Shown here piece by piece: positions 1-12,427 of a DNA stretch of 64,000 nucleotides. The notes beneath the pieces are model-generated. The model ran no database searches and was not told where the DNA came from. It saw only the letters and a list, made by a program, of their open reading frames with translations. The stretch lies in the NCBI RefSeq assembly GCF_009914755.1, contig NC_060927.1; one strand, written 5' to 3'. Both the position numbers and the translations under genes were made by a program. The first letter of the stretch is position 1. Each line of letters begins with the position of its first letter. Origin of the DNA: the human T2T-CHM13v2.0 reference genome, Homo sapiens.

Positions 1-373
1 CTGATTATATATCTATTGTTCCTTGAAAATATTTTCTGCAACATCTTTCCGTTAAGCCAAAAGCAAAGTTGCCTATTCATGTGCTGCCCAGAAGTCAAAG
101 GAGGTAATTAACCGTTTTCCACTTTATCTCCTTAGGCAATACCTGAATTATCTATAGAATCTAAACATTTTTCCACTTCCACTACTTAATAAAGAAACCA
201 TAATTTCCATATACAGTGTGGTGATTTCCTTCTAATGAGAAATGAATTGGGCTTTCTGTTTATACAATTGCTTCCCTTTCCCCAGCTGCAAAATTCTCTG
301 GGGGCTTAGTTGGTTTAGCAGTGACTAGTTTTTAGTACACTCATAATACCACAGTTTCTAGATAAGCAACACC

Positions 374-388
374 TATGTATACATATAT

Positions 389-419
<31 letters not shown>

Positions 420-480
420 CATATATGTATATTTATATATATATACACATATATATTTACATATATACACATATATATAT
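374..480. repeat. Compound (TA)n/(CA)n/(TACA)n microsatellite
   Basis: Directly visible alternating purine-pyrimidine tract. Confidence 0.95.
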
Positions 481-1339
481 AAAAATATCAATTCTTAAAT
501 TTTCAAATCACATATTAAATGATGCCTAACCTTTGGCCATCACAGCAGGCTATTCTTCTCCAAGTCAATAGTGATAATATTTTTACAAGTTCTAGAATAT
601 TTACAACAAAAACACATTTGGAAAAATAACTGAAAGGAAGGCTGCTAAAAGTGTCGCTGAGAAGATATAGAGAAATCCAAGCCCTACCAGGGTGATCAGA
701 GAGTTCTTCGTAAAAATCAGATCAGTGAACAGCCAAAAGTCTGCAGGGCTGGAGTGTGATTCTAATTGAGGAAACTGGTCGACAATATAAACCTTAGAAA
801 AACATGTAAGTGGGATCGCAAGATGTTTGTGTTTATCTCATTCATAAAATAGGAGAAACACATTACACTAGGGGAAAATGAGCATTTAAATCATTTAAAA
901 GGCATTTTCTGTTACGGTTATGGATGTTGCCCTAGACTTTACTCTCTATGAGTGAGATATTCCTTTCTAATACTCACCACCATTTTGTTCTCATTCCAAA
1001 TGTATCCATTTAGCAGTTCCAAAGCATCCTGATACTGAGGAGGGCTTCCACAGAGTGGTGGAGGCAAATTTTCTTGGAATTGGCAAGGTACTTGTAAGTT
1101 AATGTGGGATAAGCTTGATTCATACATTGGTTCTTGTACATTGTATTAATGTGAGTCCGTCCCTGCCTGTACAACATCAGCTTTAAGTGAATTAATAGAA
1201 AATTGTTTTGGAAAGTACAAAACTAAGGATCAGACACGGAAGCAAAACAATCCTTATCAAGCGGAAGCCACTAAGTCAGGACACGTTTGTGAAGAAAACT
1301 GGCCTCTCTCGATGACATTATCAGGAAGTCCTCACTCAC

Positions 1340-2196
<857 letters not shown>

Positions 2197-2308
2197 CATT
2201 TAACAAATATTTATGGGGTGCCCCTTACATGCCAGACACTGTTCTACATATTTGGAGTACACAAACAAAGCAAGCAAAGATTCTGACCTCTGTGGGATTT
2301 ACTCAGTC
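2197..2308 (-). mobile_element. L2 LINE fragment (target of the AluY insertion)
   Basis: catttaacaaatatttat..gtgcc..atgccagacactgttcta resembles the antisense L2 3' end. Confidence 0.65.
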
Positions 2309-2615
2309 CCTCTCATTTAAGGGCTGCCATCTGTCTCTGATGACCCTCTTCATTGTTTTCCTCAGTTTTTCATTTTGCTGAAGCTCGTTCTCTATACATA
2401 GCGATGCCTCTTCCTTTACTGACTGACATTCATATGTTGAATCATTTTATGTTCATCTAGCCCATATATCTGTGTTATTTCATATTCCCGGTTAGATCAC
2501 AATAACTTTCATAGCAGTAATTGTGTGTTAGTACCAAATCCAATGCTTGGTTTTGAACTAAGCAAAGCTCTAGATGGTCTTAATACAGATACTATGTGGG
2601 TGCAATCTCTGATAG

Positions 2616-2990
2616 TGTCTTAGGTCAGGTTGTCCTCCAAGAAAGACTTTGATAAAAAGAACGGTCTGCAGGACGCTTATTAGAGAGTGTTCTCAGCAAC
2701 AATGTCTGTGATGAAATTAGAGAAACAGAATTAGAGGACGAAATAGAATTTGTTTTGTAATTAAAGCAAACGCCCAAAATTTGACAAGTCCTGGAACTAG
2801 GATGACCTGTTAAGAGTTGTTTCTAATTAAAGCAAGTTAAGCTTTAAGCCATCATATTTAATAATCATTGAACATGGGCTATTGAGGACTCACTGTGAGC
2901 TATCAGGTGGCAACCCTCAAGAGTAGGTGAGAAATGAATACCTTGGTTTTGCATAAAAGAATCTGAGCAGTGTACATAGCATCCCCTATA
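2616..2990 (-). mobile_element. LTR16-family (LTR16A-like) ERVL 3' LTR
   Basis: Begins tgtcttaggtcaggtt, ends agcatcccctata; abuts a polypurine tract (minus strand AGAGGTGGAT, 2991-3000) and ERVL internal sequence. Confidence 0.75.
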
Positions 2991-3975
2991 ATCCACCTCT
3001 AGGGTTGCTGTAGCCCCTGGCTTTGTTTTAGATGTTCACCATATCTGGAGACATCTCCTCCAGGATTCTGGATGGTATCTTTTCCTGATGAAACTTATAT
3101 GAAGATGGTTAGTGAAAAAAAATATATAGTATTATTGCTGCAGCTGCTATCAGGGTAATGCTGATATTTATTTATAATTCCTTTCCTCTGTTAACTATTC
3201 AAGATTTCCCTTACCCTCCACTAGCACCTCTGTAAGCCTAAATGGTTTACTTGGGGATAGCCCAGACCTTCATTGCTGAGGGCTCCGAGTCCCTAGCCAC
3301 CATCTCTTTCTCTAGCCATAGCTTCAGTGCTGCTCATGTGCTGTAAAAATTGGGTAAGCAGTAGCAAGAGACATCCAAGTTGATCACCTGGGAGCCATGC
3401 ATGTCCTTGCCTTTCCCTGTTATATAATAACAGTTCTCACTCTTCCTGAGGTCAGGGTGAATTATCTCTCCCAACGTGGTGATTCCTTTTCTTGCTTGTT
3501 GGTCTCCTCCTGAAAGGAGTCTCTAATGATCTGGTGGCAAACAAAGCTGAAAACTGAAATGGGGCTCTTTTTGTGTCCCCCAGCAGGAGCATTCCACTTC
3601 TGAGCATTATGATCCCCAAGCTCACAGAGTCTAACAACTTCTCCAAGTAAGTCAATGGAAATAATGGGTAAGTAGGGCCATTTTTACTTCTATCCCTTGG
3701 TGCCTGGACTCAATATTGTCCTTTTTAAAATACAGACCTGTCCTGAAAATTGGTGCTCCTTCTAAACTGGCACCTCAACTATGCTTACCAAAGGCCCTCT
3801 GTTGTTCTATTATACTAGCAGCTTCTGGATGGTGAGGTATGTGACAAAACCAGTGGATGCTGCTTCCTTTGCTGTCAAGTGCGTCATTTGGTCTGTCCTG
3901 ATGTTGTATAGGATTCATATTAATGTATTAAATACTTTGTATGTCTGCAGATATAAGGACTGGCCCAGGCTGCAG

Positions 3976-4075
3976 TAGGACTGGCTACATAATTTGTTGT
4001 TCCCATAAAAAATAAAAATGTGGGGTCCCTTGTTCATGTGGCTATACAGGTCATATGCCAACAAAATTAGCCATT
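3976..4075. mobile_element. MER91-like hAT MITE inserted in the ERVL
   Basis: ggactggctacataatttg..aaaataaaaatgtggggtcccttgttca resembles the MER91 terminus. Confidence 0.6.
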
Positions 4076-4974
4076 AAATATAGGCATAAATAATAAATTC
4101 ATAATGGAGTGTGTGTTGATTCTAGGCCAAAAAAAAAATCACTGCCTTTTCCAGGGAGCAATGGGTTCAATGTAATCAATTTGCTGCAAAATGACTGGTC
4201 TCAGGGGATAGTACTGTTGGTGGCTCAACGTGGTTTCTTTGCTAAGATTGGATATTCAGCAATGCCAGATTAGCCTTGGTGTATGGAGCTTATGCTGTTG
4301 GGTCTATACATAGCTTGCATCCCTGTCACCATGGCTACCCTATTCATGAACCCATCGTGCCAGAATTATTTTGGCCAATGTCAGAGGCTGGCTGACAACA
4401 GCTGGCTGAATCACTCTTGTCTAGCTAGTTATTTAGTGGCTCTTTCATGGTGGATAAGCTCTGATGAGAGTTAATATCACATCAAAATGTTAACACATTG
4501 CCATGGGTCCATCAACATGCCTCTTACTCAGATCACAAGCTTCCTTATCTATTTTCTTCTGTGCACCTCGCCAATAAGCCAGGCTATTCACCAAGAATAT
4601 GATTTAGTATATAGTCTTACCTCAAACAACTGTTTCTACTCAAAGTAGATTATTGGGTATACTTCATGAAGCTCAGCTCATTGAGAGAATCTACTTTCAC
4701 AGCCATGCTTTAAAATCATTCCTGATTTGGGTTCAAGAGCAAAAGTAGACCTTGCATATACACACTGAGGTCACATATCTGTGAGCCAAGCTCAGCTTTT
4801 CTCCTCTACCATCAGTTGATCATACGGAATCCCCCATGGGTATGTAGGTGTGAGCTAAGAAAGAACAAAAAGTGTAGCAGTGATAGTGACAACAGCTTAT
4901 GGATGAACTCTGATCCTGCTGGTTCTAGAACTTGAGTGTAATGAACAGGGTTCTTCAGAGAAATATAACCAATG

Positions 4975-4997
4975 GAGGAGAGAGAGAGAGAGGGAGA

Positions 4998-5035
<38 letters not shown>
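4975..5035. repeat. (GA)n microsatellite within MLT2B
   Basis: Directly visible. Confidence 0.95.
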
Positions 5036-5039
<4 letters not shown>

Positions 5040-5248
5040 TTATAGGATTTGGCTCATGCAATTACAGAAGCTGAGAAATTTCACAATCTACCATCTATCT
5101 GCAAGCTGGAGAATCAGGAAAGCCAGTGGGTGTCATTCAGTCAAAAGTTCTGATCTGCGTTCAAATACCCGAGAACCAGGAGAACCGATGTCTGAGGGCA
5201 GAAGAGAATAGACATGCTAGCTCAAACACAGAGAGCAAATTCACCCTT

Positions 5249-5613
5249 TGCTATAGTTTGGCTGTGTCCCCACCGAAATCTCACCTTGAATTATCACCTT
5301 GATTATTAAATCCCTACATGTCAAGGGTGGAGCCAGGTGGAGGTAATTGAATCATGGGGTTGGTTTCCCCCAAATTGTTCTCATGGCAGTGAATAAGTCC
5401 CATGAGATCTGATGGTTTTACAAATGGGAGTTCCCCTGCACAGCCCTCTTGCCTGCCATAGTGTAATACATGTCTTTGCTTCTCCTTTGCCTTCCACCAT
5501 GATTGTGAGGCCTCCCAGCCATGTGGAACTGTGAGTCCATTAAATCTCTTTCCTTTATAAATTATCCAGTCTTGGGTATGTCTTTATTAGCAGGATGAAA
5601 ACAGACTAATATA
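5249..5613 (+). mobile_element. THE1C-like MaLR solo LTR
   Basis: tgctatagtttggctgtgtcccc..agactaatata; perfect 5-bp TSD CCCTT (5244-5248 and 5614-5618). Confidence 0.9.
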
Positions 5614-7342
5614 CCCTTCCTCTGTCTTTCTGTTCTATTCCTGCCCTCAGTGGGTAGGATTATGCCCCCCTACATTGGTGAGAGTGTCCTTCTTTACTAT
5701 ACCTAACAATTTTAATGCTAATATAGTCTGGAAACACACTTGAAGACACACCCTAAAATAATGTTTTACCAGCTAGAGGAGCATCCCTGGCCCAGTCAAG
5801 TTGACACATAAAATTAACCATCACACTAAGCATATTCTTTCTTTCTTATAAGAGATTGCCACCCAATCTTGTGTGTGACAGAATTCACCTCATAATGTGT
5901 ATGTTTAGTTTCATGATTAGTCAATGTTCCATGATTAGGCACTTTGTCTGTGCCAGATCTAAGTAACATGCAAGAAGCTATTTTCAAATGGTGTATATTT
6001 TTATTTTGCAGATCACATGGCCTTGCTTCAGACACCTATGGCTCCAAGTTGTTATCCTCCTGTTAGGGTTAGCCATTAGCTCTGCTCGGCAATGTTGCCT
6101 GTCACAGGTATATCTAATACTCTAGGGCCTTCTAGATGATATGGCCCAAGCGAAAGTACTATTTGCACCATGGGCCAGACCTACTAACACAGCTCTTCTC
6201 TGGACCCCTTTCAAACCTGGCGGTTTTCCATGCTACTCAGTGAATGGATTAGAGAAGCATTTTTAAGTGTAGAATTTGTCAATCCCAAATCCAAAGAGAC
6301 CTACAAGGTTTTGTACCTCCTTCATAGTAGTAGGAAGTGTGAGAGGAAATAAGTTGTCCTTTACTTTATAGGAAATGCCCCCAGCATGTCACAGAGCACT
6401 AATGAAATGGGCTCCTGAATCTCTGCAGGTTTTTTCCCATCTTTTTGAGTGCATATGATTGAAAATACCCTCATTGTATTTGGAAATTCTTGCTCATCTT
6501 GTCTGATTACATTATATAATCAATGACGGGGCAATGTGATGTTCTGCAGAATATCCTGATGGCCTAAACTAGACTATGATAGGATGAAAGAGAGTAAACA
6601 CCCACCTGGGTCAAGACTGCAGAGGTATCCTCTTCTCTGCCACATGTGAATGTGGACTACTTCTGGTCCTCCTTACAGACAGTGATAGAAAAAAATCCAT
6701 TTATCTGACCAATGGACACGTATCAAGTACTTGAGTCCACGTTAATCTTCTTTAGCCAAGATACTACATGTAGGAGAGCAGCTGCAATAGGGGCAAATAC
6801 TTATTTGAATTTTCAGGAATTTAACTACCCTTTAAGATCTGTCTTTCTTTGGTAGTAGGCTAGTAAATTACATGGAGGTAAGATAACGATTACTACCTCT
6901 GCGTTATTTAGAAATTTTAGAATGTCATTAGTATATTACTGTTTTTAATGTATTATATTAGCTGGGGGTTACTTTAAAAGACTTCCACTTGCCTTTCCTT
7001 ACTGTCAGCTCTTATGCTACAGGCAGATAAACTGATGTTGGGGTTTTGCCAACTACCAGATATGTCCATTCCAGTTGTACACTTGGGATTGAGGAAAGGG
7101 CCCATGGAGAGGTGCATGAACACATCTGGGCCAAGCAAGCCATTTATTACCTGACTCTCCCATGTGCCCATGAAAGAAAATTCTAATATAAACCATAAAT
7201 GAAAAAAAAAGCAAGAAGTAATTGTACAATAAAGGATTTTAATAAAAATATGTATATGAGGTCATTAGTATTCACCAATATAGTAACACTGTCCCTCCCA
7301 GTAAGAAGTTCCCATCAAGATAGTATTTAGAAAATCATATGA

Positions 7343-7640
<298 letters not shown>

Positions 7641-8079
7641 TCATATGAATGTTTGATTCCACTAATAATCTATTTTAAAACAAACAAACAAACAAAAAGA
7701 AAGAGGAAATAAACAAAACATCAGGAATTTTGTTTCATTAATTATAACTCCAAGCAATTTGAAGGATTGATTCAATATGGAATCATTAATTTGAAAATAA
7801 TTTTACATTCAGTGGATATTCAGATTATTTGGGGTAGGAGAAAGATAACAATCAGCAAAACATTTAAGTGATCTTCTGGACAAGGAAGAGGCTTGGACAC
7901 CAAGGGGTACAAGAGTAGAAAGATTTGGCCCTTATACATTCCTGCTTCATTACTACTCATTAATTACACTACCACCAATGTAAATTTTCCATCACACTCT
8001 CACCTAGTCATTCTGTATTACAGAGTTCTTTTACTGCAGAATCTGAGCTTAGGTTTTTCCTTTTTTCGTTAACCCATCG

Positions 8080-8180
8080 TGTATATGATCTGTCTGACAC
8101 ATGTTCCTGTCACCATAGCCTCAAACACAGCCTGGCAGTTGGTAGGCCTTCTGTAAATAAAGATGGACCAAATGAATGAG
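8080..8180 (+). mobile_element. L2 3' end relic
   Basis: cacagcctggca..gtagg..taaat..aatgaatga. Confidence 0.45.
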
Positions 8181-8189
8181 GGCACATGT

Positions 8190-8520
8190 CATGATCTGAG
8201 AGTACAGCGCTCAACAAGCCTCAGTTCTGGTCCTTGTGGAACAGTTTTTCAGTATGGAAGATTATCATGTTAGCGTGTAATCACAGTGTAATACTATTAG
8301 CCAAACGCAATATAATTGGAGCTACTACAGGGAGCTTCTAAAGCTTGGGGCTGCAAAATAAGGCTCTCCATAAGGAGCGTCACCTCATCGAAAACCTGGA
8401 AAATGAGTAGCAGTCAAAGAGGCTATGTATGGGGCGTGACTGGGTTTGTGGTGACACAGGAAAGAGCATTCCAGGCGAAGCGTTACAGCTGATGAAAAGG
8501 CCTGGATTCAAGAGAGAATT
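8190..8520 (-). mobile_element. L2 fragment
   Basis: ggaaagagcattccaggc..aaaggcctgga is typical antisense L2. Confidence 0.55.
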
Positions 8521-10619
8521 AGGTAAACAGCACTTGGTTTGCCAAAGTCCCTTGATGTATGTATATTTTTAATATTTTGTAGGTTTCAACTTCCAATCCT
8601 TCAGAATACTAAAAAGCAATAGACAATGAAAATAATAAACATGATTTATATCTGCTATTAGGCATACACAACAAACACCTTGATCTTCAGAAAAGCTAAA
8701 GATAGAATCCTTATGAAAAAAGATTTTGATTCCATAAGGTACAATATTCCATTTCATTATGCCTTCTTCTAATGTTTATAATGATAAATAGGTTGTCATC
8801 CTAATTCATCAGAGAAACATTTTAAAAAACCCCATGAAGACTAATAATATGATAATGTGTGTCTATTATACGCCACCTTGAGGGGAAAATCTATAAGTAG
8901 TAAAGTAGTAATTTTGTGTCATGTAGACATTTCATATTATCAAATGACAGAGGCTGAAAGTTAAAGTGTTTACCAGTTTGTAGGCAGGGTGAATTATTTA
9001 CATGATGCAGTTTTATTTTTACAATCTATTAGATTAAGAATAACTTGAAAAGACATTTGATTGTATCTAATATTCTGGAAAAGTGTGAATATAGCACATT
9101 ATTTTATACTTACAAATTAATATCTAACAGTTTTCTCAGGGATTTTATATATATTTACTGGAAAATGCCAACAGATGTTTTGTTAGAAGCCTATCGCCTG
9201 GTTTATACTGATGTTAAGAGACAGTGCAGGAAATCTAAAAAATCATGATTTAGCTATAAACTTTTTTAGTATTCTGAGTTTATTGTTTTGACATATTGAC
9301 TATGAGAGCCACTGCTTATGGAGGAAAACTCTATATTTCCATTGTCACTTGGTCTCAGTCATTAGCAATCTTATGGGCAAAGTATTTTTAGGGTTAAAAA
9401 ATATAGAAAGAGTATAATGTCCTTTAAATGTTCTTTCATGCTGGTGTTTGAATCCTAAAAGTAATGGAAAGAATGCTGCAGCCGTGGTGATATGAACAGC
9501 ATTGAACAATGTTGTTTTATATGCAATGATGGTGCATAACAGGAGAAGCCAAAATGAGTCAGACGAGAGTATATCAAGTCCATTTTCCTCGTTTTGATTC
9601 AGAGGTTTTTTGCTAAAAATCAGAAGCCAGTCTTAGTGGCAAGCTTCAGAAAACTTGCACGGCTCTGATAAGAAAGGACATCGCTCATAAATATTCATTA
9701 AAAATTACCTTTTCTGGATCATGAATTTTTCAAGCAGACACTGATTTGACCTCTACAAGGAACAAAATCCAGCCTATAGTGGAGTGTCTCCTATTTCTGA
9801 CAAAAAAAAAAAGGTGAAAAATTGGTTTTCCCAGCTAAGCAGCTACTTTGTACACTGTGTGAGGTCCGAGGTCAGTTACCTCTGTGCTCCACACACTTGA
9901 GCATTAATATTCATTCGAATTACAATCTTTAAATTCTAAAGTCCTGTTCTTACCTCTTTGAAAAATTGATTGTAAGGCAGGCCAAGGTTTGCATTTTAAC
10001 TAATTTTTAAAGTAACTTCATCTAACTTCTCTGTTGCTAAAAAATGTATGAATTCAGTAATTTTCTTTTTTTAAAAAAATCGCATCTGCCTGTTTTGAAT
10101 ATATATGCCCTCTCACTAAGGATAAAAGCCATTTTTTCCTGGTAATTATCTGCAGAGTGGGTGAATGGATGGAAACGTCTATACTTATGTCTATCAGAGA
10201 GCTATTGTCATTTAATCTTCATATAGCGCCTCACATTGGGTACACACAAAAAAAGCTTTGCATTATTTTGGGTGTGGCTTTTGTTGTCATTGTTCTTCCT
10301 TCAGGGTCACAGTGGGGTAGTCAGCATTGCCACATGCATTGTTTAAATAAAGTAACTGATAACTAGAATATGAATTATGATAGCTAATAATGTTAAAACT
10401 TAGCATCTAAATCAGGATGTTTTTCCGGAACTTATCTCAGGTTCTTGTTTCAGTTTAAATTCTAGACCTTATACCGAAGGTTTAGAATGATGTTTGGGTT
10501 ACTTCAATGAGTAACAAATAGTGGCCAGAATAACACGTCAAAAACTGTAGTTCAAGCTGTCATGGAGTAATTCTGATTTTTTTCTTATGCAGCTAAACAA
10601 CAGTAACGGTTTTCTTATT

Positions 10620-10725
10620 ACACTGAATTCTAATCTCAACTTCTTCATTTTCTGGATTTGTGACCTTGAACTTAATTTTAATCTTTCTTTGTATTGCTTT
10701 TGTATATGAAAAATGGAGGTACCTA
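10620..10725 (+). mobile_element. MIR SINE relic
   Basis: tgtgaccttgaac..ttaatct..aaaatggagg MIR core. Confidence 0.45.
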
Positions 10726-11371
10726 GTTTAGAAGATATACAAGGCACCTAGATTTATGCCTGACACTCAAAAATAGTTATGTTTTAGTATAGAGTTGCTT
10801 GATTTGAGTACCTTGTAACTTACCACAAAGACTGGTAATATAACTTTTTCTGTGATGTAGTCTTCAAGACAAATGACAACGGGTCAAACTGGAAGTTTTC
10901 TCCTTTGCCCTCTCTAAAAAATGTCTGTAAGGAAGTAGCAGAAGAAAACAGGAAGTATCGCCAAAAAGGTGATTGAATTAGAGGTCCTGTTTCTTCTAGA
11001 TTCTTCTATTTTTATTCAAAATTCAATCCATACTACCTCCTAATTTAGGTGCATATATGATTGATATAGGACAATTCTTTGGGGATGAAACCTGCATTTT
11101 GTATCAATGGCCTTGGTGATTTAATAAGTAAGGTGCTGCTAATGCTGCATCTTGTTGACCTTCTCTCCTTTTCTAAGTCCTACATATCGATACTTCTAGA
11201 TACAAGAACCCTCAGCCTTTCCTTCCTCAATACAATCGTGTATGACCCCACTTCCACTTCTTTAATTTCAGAGGGTGGAAAAAAGAAGAAAAGTTATGTA
11301 GGGGAGGCCCAGAACCAGTCTGGAGTTTATCTGCTCCTGCTTCCATTACCCTTCCTATGCTTTCTTCACGC

Positions 11372-11552
11372 CAGGGCTGCCAGATTTAACAATGGAAACA
11401 ATATGACATCCAATTAAATTTGAATTTCAGATAAACACTGAATTTTTACTATAAATATGTCCCACACAATACTTGTGACATAATAAAAGTTGTTTGTTGT
11501 TTAGCTAAAATTTAAATTTAACTGTGTACCCTGTATTTTATCTGGCCACTTT
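11372..11552. mobile_element. MER53 palindromic hAT MITE
   Basis: agggctgccagattta..ttaaatttgaatttcagataaaca..atatgtccca..tgtttagctaaaatttaaatttaactg..tatctggc; internal inverted symmetry. Confidence 0.85.
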
Positions 11553-12127
11553 CTTGTATTTATTCAAAGATTTATTCAAAGAATCTCTTACATAAACATT
11601 TCTTTTAAACTTTTGCCCATTATCCTCCTCACTCATATAGAATGAATGAATAAGTCGCCAATGTAGTTTGTACTTCCTTTTTATACTTCAGATTATGCCT
11701 TAGATGTAAATAACCAGATACATTCCCCATGCTTCTATTTCTACTGCAAAGCCATACACAACTAGAGGGAGTTAGGGTCTGCATTCACCAACCTAGATAG
11801 AATTCCTTAATGGTCAAACATACCCTTAAATATTTGTTAGGATGTCATCTCGTAGGCTCTCACACAATCTCTTAGCAAACCCATTATGTTCTGTTTATCT
11901 TCCAACATTAGAAAATGCTGCTATTATGTTGTTGATGATGTAGTTGTTACTGAGCACCAAATGAATCAGGTGGCTTGGTATTAGCACCATGTTGTATGAG
12001 AAATACATGATTAGTCTTTGGCTCCTGATGGTAACCTAAAAATGTTTGCTTATGTAGTTTTTATAACAGAATTTGATCTGTTGTCAGAAATATTATTTTA
12101 TTACATTTTATATTTCTAAGAAAAGTC

Positions 12128-12427
12128 AGGAAGGATGGGAAGAAAGAAGCAGGGAAGGAAGGAAGGAAAGAAGGAGGGAAGGAGGGAATGAGGGAGGGAG
12201 AGAGGGAAGGAGGGAAGGAGGGAGAGAGGGAGGGAAGGAAGGAAGGAAGGAGGAAGAGAGGGAAGGAAGGAAGGAAAGAGGAAAGAGAGAGAAGCAAGGA
12301 AAGGAGGGAGGGGAGGAGAGAGGCAGGGAGAGAGGGAAGGAAAAAGCGAAGAGAAAAAAAGAGAGAGGCAAAGAGAGGGAGAGAGGGAGAAAGAAGGAAG
12401 GAGGAAAGAAAGGAGAAAAGAGAAGAG
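12128..12427. repeat. ~300 bp purine-rich (GGAA/GGGA/GAGA) low-complexity tract
   Basis: Almost only A/G on the plus strand, with an uninterrupted purine run at 12190-12294. Confidence 0.95.

Larger units (their letters stand above)
4937..5825 (-). mobile_element. MLT2B-type ERVL solo LTR, interrupted by THE1C
   Basis: Ends cagtcaagttgacacataaaattaaccatcaca (reverse complement of the MLT2 5' end); internal (GA)n typical of MLT2. Confidence 0.85.
2991..7170 (-). mobile_element. Decayed ERVL internal region (ERV3-16A3/HERV16-like pol: protease, RT, RNase H linker, integrase, dUTPase), interrupted by later insertions
   Basis: Minus-strand translations match ERVL Pol: GMDISGSWQNPNI (6974-7171), IDYIM at the RT YIDDIM position (6510-6524), THKIGWQSLI (~5850), LARWVHE*GSHGDRD (from 4363), QQIDYIEP (from 4186), GMLLLGDT..QARKGITTLGEIIHPD (3451-3620); many stops and frameshifts. 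Confidence 0.9.

Noticed and set aside
3452-7171. ERVL pol ORFs as a functional retroviral gene
   Set aside because: There are numerous stops and frameshifts, the catalytic YIDD has decayed to IDY, nested LTR insertions interrupt it, and there is no gag or 5' LTR.
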